A stretch of 64,000 bases of DNA from a bacterium (GTDB taxonomy: Bacteria > Hinthialibacterota > Hinthialibacteria > Hinthialibacterales > Hinthialibacteraceae), in contig CAXXMV010000006.1 in NCBI GenBank assembly GCA_963662285.2, positions 32,001-96,000 on the forward strand, in the 5' to 3' direction. The notes beneath the pieces are model-generated. The model did not search any database. It saw nothing but the letters and a program-made list of their open reading frames with translations, and was not told the DNA's origin. Position numbers and translations under genes: made by a program. Of the stretch, positions 57,496 through 64,000 are shown in pieces (positions within the stretch are counted from its first letter, which is position 1; each line of letters opens with the position of its first letter).

Positions 57496-60400
57496 TCACG
57501 AATTGTCGGCATTGCAAGGCATTTCGATTATAACTTGGGTTCCCTTTTCTTTTTGAGAGCGGCACTCAAAGGTTCCCCCCAGGTATTCGATACGCTCGCG
57601 AATATTGAAAAGGCCGAAACTTTTCTGGCTGCTGGCCGTTTCATGCATGTTTTGCATAGGGAAGCCGGCTCCCTTGTCTTCAACGCTGAGGCGGACATTG
57701 TCATTTTTTCTTTGAATGCGAACTTGAGCGTGTAACGTTTCCGCATGTTTGATTACATTAAAGAGTAATTCCCTGATGGAGCGGAACAAGATGCCGCGTG
57801 CATCTTCACTCAATTCTTTTGGCTGGCCGTCATCAATAAAATCAATCTTAACTTGATATTGGTCTTCCATTTGTTCAATCAACCACTCTAAAGCCGCTTC
57901 TAATCCGATTTCATACAAAATAGGCGGACTGATTTCGAAAGTCAAAGTCCGGGTATCCTGGATAGTTTGTTCCAGTACTTGCAAGGTTCGATTTAGCAGT
58001 TGCGCCGGGTAAGTTTCAAGAGGTTCTTGAAGTATGGTTTCGATCTGCATCTGACAAGCCGCCAAACCATGCCCGATCCGATCATGCAACTCTGCGGCGA
58101 TCTGCTTGCGGTCGCGTTCTTCAACCAGAGTGATTTCTGAAGCGAATGATTGCAACTGTTTTTGATATATCAGTAACCTTTGGTGAACCTCCTGGAGATC
58201 GTAGGTGCGTACTTTGACCAGTTTTTCTAAATTTAGATGCCGCGATACAGCGAAAGCCAAGGCCATAACCGTAATCACGCCGCCAAGCGATAGCAGCATC
58301 AAGACTATCGGTTCTCTATACCATGGGAGTTGAACCGTGAAACTAAACGAAGCGACGGCAGAAGATTGATTCCAGTTTCGATCCATGCTTCTGACCGAGA
58401 ATTTATGAGATCCTGGAGGTAGATTTGTATAATTCGCTACAGTATCGCCAGTAAACGGAGACCACTCTCCATGATCGATTCTATGGGAGAATAACAGGCG
58501 GTTTTGAGGCGTATATTTCCATTTATCGATGCCGGAAAAGACGAATTTAGCGGATCCATTGACCGAGACGGTGTCACTATTGTCGTTTGGATTGAGGAAA
58601 ACAAGAGGGGGATCGGAATCGGCTTCCTTATTGTATAGATTCAATCCAAGCGATGTGGCGGCCCACAAACGCTCTTGACTGTCTTCAAAAACATTAAAAA
58701 CACAGAAGGAAGACAAGCCCTCTTCCACAGAGTTTTCGATCCAGGAATTGCCATCGTAGCGGTATAATCCGTTCCAGGTAGATATCCATACTGATCTATC
58801 TTTTCTGCGAATCATTGAGGGTACGCCATCAATATTAGTACGAATCGTAGACCACTTTTTCCCATCATATTCGTAAATCGAGTTACGGTCGGAAAACCAA
58901 AGTCGCTTGTCGTCATAGGGGAAAATGCACATGACTGAATCGCCGGGGTATTCGTCGCCCAGAGTTGTGTATTCGCCATCCCGAAAAACTCCTAACCGCT
59001 CTTCCGCCATTCCTCCCAACCACACGTTTGCGTTGGAATCCTCATATATATAACGTAATTGCTCTATGTTCCATTGATCGCCAAGGTCAGCGAATAATTT
59101 GAAATTTGAGCCATCGAATATTTCAAGGCTATAAATAAATTTATGACGAGTGGAGGTGACGTTCTCGCATTGCACCCAGATTGTTCCATCGGACCGGGGA
59201 AAAATCAGACTGACTTTCCTTCCATCCGGATGTTCTACAACATCAAACCGTTCGTTATCGGGATCGAAAAGCAGCAGAACATTGTTCATATTACGAATAA
59301 CAAGTTTCCCATTTTTAAGATAGGCCAATCCGTTGGGTTCCCATTGATAGGTGCTGAAGCCGGACGGTAAGGGATATTGTTTCCATGTTTCATCTTGATT
59401 GAGAATGAGTTTATTAAATGTGGTAAACCAGAGACGTTCATGGGGATCTTCGCAAATTGCGGTTATGTGTTCTGATAGATCAATCAAGGCTCTGGGTGAA
59501 TTCCATGTCGAGACTGCATAGCGTGCAATCCCAGGTGACAGGCTGATCCAGAATGAACGATTGGATTCATATAAGATGGGAAATCCCTGCTCCAGAACCG
59601 GTAACTGGATGCTGGTTAAAGATGGGAGGGGAACATCCATCTCAAAACGATTACTGGCCGGACCGGAAAGGAATGTCAATTTCGGATAGTAGGCGGATGT
59701 TTTCCAAAGCCAGAAACCTTCTTCAGCGCTGGGCCAACCTGCAGCGATGGATTGTTTATCAATGCATTTCAATGACCAAGAGCCTTGGTGAAATTGAACT
59801 AAAATCCGCTTTGACGTACTTTTGGATATAACGGATATATAAAAAATTCCGGCATCATCTTCCATGATTGTGCCAGGATAGGCTGCATCCAGTTCATTGG
59901 GAATCAGATACTCTGTCCATAACGCCCCAACTGCCGAATCCCGCCCTTTCATATCCAGTTTCGCGATTCCCCACTGGCCAATAGTAAAGATATCACCCTT
60001 TCGAGACATAACGACGTTAGTGAAATCGCCCAATTTTGTATCGCCAGAAGAACGAATATGAGTAAGCTGGTTAGTCTCTGCGTCAAATTCGGCCAGGAAC
60101 TCTGGAAGACATATAATAACGTGGTTAAGGGTTGTAGGAATAATGGATGCTTTGGAAAAATCAATCTCTGTAATGGGGAAAGAAATCCAAATCCCGTTAT
60201 CAAATCTCTTCAATCCTTTTAAGTCAAACGACCAAAGTTGATTAGAGCAGTTTTCAAAGATTTGTTTCCATACCCCCGGTGATGGAATGCGCGTTACTGA
60301 GTATCCATCCAGGCAACTAATTTGATTGACGGAGCCATGGCGTATCCAGATTCTCCCTTCATTGCCTCGTTGACATAAGCCGCATGTTTCCCGTAAATTA

Positions 60401-60966
60401 TCCTCCGTGGTCCAGTAACGCCAGTGACCATTTTGCCGCGCAGGAATTTTATGGGTTTGAGGAGAAAGAAATCTGTCTCCCAGGATAATCCGATCATTAA
60501 TCTTACCGTCAAATACGGCTGTATCACTGGCGTCTGAAGTGGGATGAAGCGTGTAGGTCAATTCAGTATAATCGTCCATGCCTTGAATGAGCCAGAATAA
60601 GACGTCTTTCCGTATTCTACCGTTTTGACCAATCTGATCGACCTTCCAGCCCGCTGGAATAATTTCCGTAACGCTAACCGGCTTATCACGGTTGGACGTA
60701 CTATCGATTTTCAGCGTCACCTGAACCGGGTCGTTTGAATAAAATGGAGTTGAAAACTCACGCTTTGCAACCGGGCCGGATTCACTGTTAGCAGTGTTAG
60801 TAGTGTTGGATTGAAAAGGCATCTGAGCTGTAAGATGGCATGGATTAACGCAATATGAGATGCATAAAGCAAACAGATATATCCTGCATCTATGCGTCTG
60901 ATTCCATAAGCGGGTGCATAGAGCGAGTATGAATATTTTTTTACGCATAATACAATACAGGATCAT
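57496..60966 (-). CDS. Sensor histidine kinase: Ig-like domain, beta-propeller repeats, Y_Y_Y domain, TM helix, HisKA_3/HATPase
   Basis: EDSQERLWAATSLGL-type repeats, YTNLPPGSHKFSVRS, IAAELHDRIGH, ELLFNVIKHA, DKGAGF, FGLFNIRER; start uncertain (60966 or 60948). Confidence 0.9.
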   Translation of the reverse strand: MILYCIMRKKIFILALCTRLWNQTHRCRIYLFALCISYCVNPCHLTAQMPFQSNTTNTANSESGPVAKREFSTPFYSNDPVQVTLKIDSTSNRDKPVSVTEIIPAGWKVDQIGQNGRIRKDVLFWLIQGMDDYTELTYTLHPTSDASDTAVFDGKINDRIILGDRFLSPQTHKIPARQNGHWRYWTTEDNLRETCGLCQRGNEGRIWIRHGSVNQISCLDGYSVTRIPSPGVWKQIFENCSNQLWSFDLKGLKRFDNGIWISFPITEIDFSKASIIPTTLNHVIICLPEFLAEFDAETNQLTHIRSSGDTKLGDFTNVVMSRKGDIFTIGQWGIAKLDMKGRDSAVGALWTEYLIPNELDAAYPGTIMEDDAGIFYISVISKSTSKRILVQFHQGSWSLKCIDKQSIAAGWPSAEEGFWLWKTSAYYPKLTFLSGPASNRFEMDVPLPSLTSIQLPVLEQGFPILYESNRSFWISLSPGIARYAVSTWNSPRALIDLSEHITAICEDPHERLWFTTFNKLILNQDETWKQYPLPSGFSTYQWEPNGLAYLKNGKLVIRNMNNVLLLFDPDNERFDVVEHPDGRKVSLIFPRSDGTIWVQCENVTSTRHKFIYSLEIFDGSNFKLFADLGDQWNIEQLRYIYEDSNANVWLGGMAEERLGVFRDGEYTTLGDEYPGDSVMCIFPYDDKRLWFSDRNSIYEYDGKKWSTIRTNIDGVPSMIRRKDRSVWISTWNGLYRYDGNSWIENSVEEGLSSFCVFNVFEDSQERLWAATSLGLNLYNKEADSDPPLVFLNPNDNSDTVSVNGSAKFVFSGIDKWKYTPQNRLLFSHRIDHGEWSPFTGDTVANYTNLPPGSHKFSVRSMDRNWNQSSAVASFSFTVQLPWYREPIVLMLLSLGGVITVMALAFAVSRHLNLEKLVKVRTYDLQEVHQRLLIYQKQLQSFASEITLVEERDRKQIAAELHDRIGHGLAACQMQIETILQEPLETYPAQLLNRTLQVLEQTIQDTRTLTFEISPPILYEIGLEAALEWLIEQMEDQYQVKIDFIDDGQPKELSEDARGILFRSIRELLFNVIKHAETLHAQVRIQRKNDNVRLSVEDKGAGFPMQNMHETASSQKSFGLFNIRERIEYLGGTFECRSQKEKGTQVIIEMPCNADNS

Positions 60967-61117
60967 TCATAGGCTGGTTTATTCTCAGTATTGGGATTCT
61001 TTCATAAATGGTTACGCCTAGTCAACCTGCTTCATCGGAAAAAACCTAGTCATGATATACAAATTTTGATATTATTAAATATTATTTATCTATTTAATAA
61101 ACCTATCAGGAGAAATC

Positions 61118-62029
61118 ATGAAGCAACTATTCGCTATTACTACGGCATTTCTACTTACGTGTCTCTTCATTTTCATCATTCCCACTCAAGCATCAGCTGT
61201 TGAAGATGATATTGTTTTCATTCATCATTCTTGTGGAAATAACTTTCTTAACCAGGGACTCAAAACTCAGTTATTAGCCAAAGATTACATCGACGAAGTG
61301 AACGATATCTACTACGGCGACGATTTGCAACCCGACGATGGGCGTCCCGATTCCTTGGGCGGGACTCCAGGCGATAACACCAATATGAACCATTGGGTAA
61401 TGTGGTTCAATGATTATCTATCTGGAATACAAACATTCGATTGCAGCAACGGCAGCAACCGGATCATCATGTTTAAGAGCTGCTACCCCATCAGTAATAT
61501 ATCCAGCGATGGACGCGAGCCGGGCGACCCTTTCAGTTCTTCGCAAACAATGGCCAATTATAAGAGCGTTTTCCGCAAGTATAACGATGCAGATGGCGTA
61601 TATACCCGCAGCGGCAATGATTATAATCCGTTGGAGCAGGTATTCGCTCAAAATCCAGATATCCTGTTTATCGCCGTGACCGCTCCTCCGCGTCATTTCG
61701 GACCTTCCGATGCTACCAATGATACGGAGGCGCAACGGGCGCGTAATTTCAATAATTGGCTGAAAAACGAATGGCTGGATGGTTATAGGGCTTCTATTAT
61801 AGGGCAGATGAATGTGGCCGTATTTGACTGGTTTGATGTCTTGGCTTATCCAAGCGATCATGCCGTTCATCCAAACCGTCTTAAAGAAGAATACGGCGGA
61901 GCTAATGGCGATTCGCACCCTAATTCGACCGCTAACAGTGAATCAGCAGAGGTTTTTTCGACATTAATTGATCAAGCATACACAGAATGGATCGAAATTA
62001 CATCGGTTAAAAACTGGAGTCTTTATTAG
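61118..62029 (+). CDS. Secreted SGNH-like hypothetical protein with C-terminal W-x-L-Y tail
   Basis: Signal peptide ASA-V; FIHHSCG, MFKSCYP, GDSHPN; ends ITSVKNWSLY. Confidence 0.7.
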   Translation: MKQLFAITTAFLLTCLFIFIIPTQASAVEDDIVFIHHSCGNNFLNQGLKTQLLAKDYIDEVNDIYYGDDLQPDDGRPDSLGGTPGDNTNMNHWVMWFNDYLSGIQTFDCSNGSNRIIMFKSCYPISNISSDGREPGDPFSSSQTMANYKSVFRKYNDADGVYTRSGNDYNPLEQVFAQNPDILFIAVTAPPRHFGPSDATNDTEAQRARNFNNWLKNEWLDGYRASIIGQMNVAVFDWFDVLAYPSDHAVHPNRLKEEYGGANGDSHPNSTANSESAEVFSTLIDQAYTEWIEITSVKNWSLY

Positions 62030-62381
62030 AGTTAGGTGTTTATTTAGTCAGGAATGGGGGGGGGAATATCCTGATTTTTTAACATAATTGTCTGATAGCC
62101 CTAAATGAGTATATTGTGTAATTGTTTTAATATATTTATTTTATGAATGTGATCGGATAATGGTTGTACCCCCCCCCCATCTAAATAATCGATCTAACAG
62201 TAGACAAGAGGAATTCTAATATTTTATAATAGTTAACGTTAATTTTATGTTTACCAGAAATTTAAATTTGAAAGGAGGGATTAAATTATTAGATAATTGA
62301 GTGAAATAGAGTAAAAAATATCGATGATTCAAATTTTAATAACATCTGAATAATTTCGCAGAACTCTTAGGGGAGGTTTCA

Positions 62382-64000
62382 ATGAGAAAAAGTTTAGTAT
62401 TAGCAGGATTACTATGTTTAATTGTCGCTCCTGCATTTGCGCAGGTAGGTATTTTCGACAAAACAGTGGATTGGTTTTCACCTGATGCCCCGCGTGGAAC
62501 CATGAAGGTTGAAGGCAGCGCGTCTTTTGCGGATGGAGTCTACTCCCTCGAAGGCAACGGAGATGACATTTGGAACGCGGACGATGAAGGATTTTTCGTC
62601 TACACAGAAAAATCCGGCAGCATGAGTCTTTCAGCCCGTGTTTCATGGATTGATCCAGGCGGAAACGATGAGGCTAAAATTGGCGTCATGATTCGTGAAA
62701 AACCCGAAGATCCTTCGTCACGGTATTTTTGGATAGAATTGCGCGGTGCGGATTGGGGTGACCAGGTTAGCAATCAAATGCGTCTCTCCGAAGGCGGCTC
62801 AGCGACAAGCCCGGCTGGTGCTATAATGGATCCGGATGGGATTCAGGTTGAAGCTCTTGCAGAAGGCATTTTTCTACGTGTAACCCGTGTTGCTGATATG
62901 GGTCTGTTCGTCGCCGAAGTATCCTATGAAGGTAATGACTGGTTTATCGCCGATAGCGTAACAATCCCAGATTGGGGTGACACTGCCGCCTATGGTATAG
63001 CTATCACCAATCACGATGACAACGATGTCCTCGCCTATGGCCAAGCCGATAATGTGGTTCTCGGACCACCTCCGGCATTGCCTACATTTGCAATCCGTAA
63101 ATTCTCATCCAACAGTTTTAAGAATGGAGACACGGTCGAAGTTACGATCAGCATTACGAATCCAAATGAGGATGCACCGACTGTATCAGTCTCAGATACA
63201 GCTCCGCAAGGCTGGACCATCAGCGACATCAGCAGCGGCGGCGCCGCATCAGGGCAAACCATTTCATGGAGCGCATCCGCGCCTCATGGCATCACAACAT
63301 TAACCTATAAAGTGACTGCTACAACAGCTGGTGAAGTAAATCTCTTTACGGGAACCCTCGGTTCCGATGCAATTGGAGGCGGTGCTTCAATAGCGAAAAT
63401 CCAGGACGCCCCTGAAGGCGACCAGATATTCGACCAGCACGCCGATATTTTTGACGATCCCGCGAACGTTGGAACCGACGCAGACGGCAATGCCCTCCTC
63501 GGATCGGCTAGCTACGATGCAACAACAAACACCTATGAAATCCAGGGCGGCGGACTCGATATCTGGAATAACGCCGATCAGTTCCATTTCCTTTACACCA
63601 CGGTTTCCGGTGATTTTGTCATGGAATGCAATATGGAACATGACGAAAGCGAACGCAGCACCAGTACCGACGAATGGATAAAAGGGATGATGATGGGCCG
63701 CCAGAATCTGACAGCCGGTTCACCTAACTTTGGCACCCGCTGCCGCCGCGACGGCCAGTACAGTTGGCAAATGCGCGCCCTTCAGGATGGCGCCAGCAGC
63801 AGCGACAGCAACAACCGCGTGACCTTCACAACCGAAGGATATGCGGAAGATGAATTCCCGCGCCAGAGACTGGTAAGAGAAGGCGACGAATGGAGCATCT
63901 TCTTCCGCGACGACCTTGGAGATGGCGAGTGGATTCAAGTTCAATCCACCCAAACCCTGGTTATGGAAGATCCGATCCTGGTTGGTTTGGCGGTTACCGC
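62382..64000 (+). CDS. Secreted multidomain protein (ConA-like sandwich, Ig-like, ConA-like), runs off the window; absent from the ORF track
   Basis: GGAGG RBS; MRKSLVLAGLLCLIVAPAFA-Q; GNGDDIWNADDEGFFVY and GGGLDIWNNADQFHFLY repeats; frame open to the end. Confidence 0.8.
   Translation, partial: MRKSLVLAGLLCLIVAPAFAQVGIFDKTVDWFSPDAPRGTMKVEGSASFADGVYSLEGNGDDIWNADDEGFFVYTEKSGSMSLSARVSWIDPGGNDEAKIGVMIREKPEDPSSRYFWIELRGADWGDQVSNQMRLSEGGSATSPAGAIMDPDGIQVEALAEGIFLRVTRVADMGLFVAEVSYEGNDWFIADSVTIPDWGDTAAYGIAITNHDDNDVLAYGQADNVVLGPPPALPTFAIRKFSSNSFKNGDTVEVTISITNPNEDAPTVSVSDTAPQGWTISDISSGGAASGQTISWSASAPHGITTLTYKVTATTAGEVNLFTGTLGSDAIGGGASIAKIQDAPEGDQIFDQHADIFDDPANVGTDADGNALLGSASYDATTNTYEIQGGGLDIWNNADQFHFLYTTVSGDFVMECNMEHDESERSTSTDEWIKGMMMGRQNLTAGSPNFGTRCRRDGQYSWQMRALQDGASSSDSNNRVTFTTEGYAEDEFPRQRLVREGDEWSIFFRDDLGDGEWIQVQSTQTLVMEDPILVGLAVT

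Overview
Bacterial chromosomal window with no rRNA, tRNA, CRISPR array or transposase. It holds a complex I-like operon (nuoD-H-I-J-K-L-M-N, no nuoEFG between D and H), the riboflavin cluster ribD-ribE-ribBA-ribH-nusB, a shortened purH, ppk2, several transporters, a four-gene bacterial-microcompartment locus, an AT-rich GNAT-PIN/ASCH island, and a beta-propeller sensor kinase with a NarL-type regulator among secreted-protein genes. The strongest unexplained signal is a shared C-terminal tail: five unrelated signal-peptide proteins end in x-x-W-x-[LI]-[YH]-stop, most preceded by T/S-G/S-V/L. This is a candidate sorting signal and co-occurs with two orphan prepilin-like genes. Also seen are a promoter- and terminator-bounded multi-hairpin candidate sRNA (about 55093-54900, minus strand) and at least four families of palindromic intergenic repeats. 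Gene content resembles my recollection of Ca. Hinthialibacterota/Sumerlaeota-type genomes (inference only). All calls come from reading the sequence; no database searches were run.
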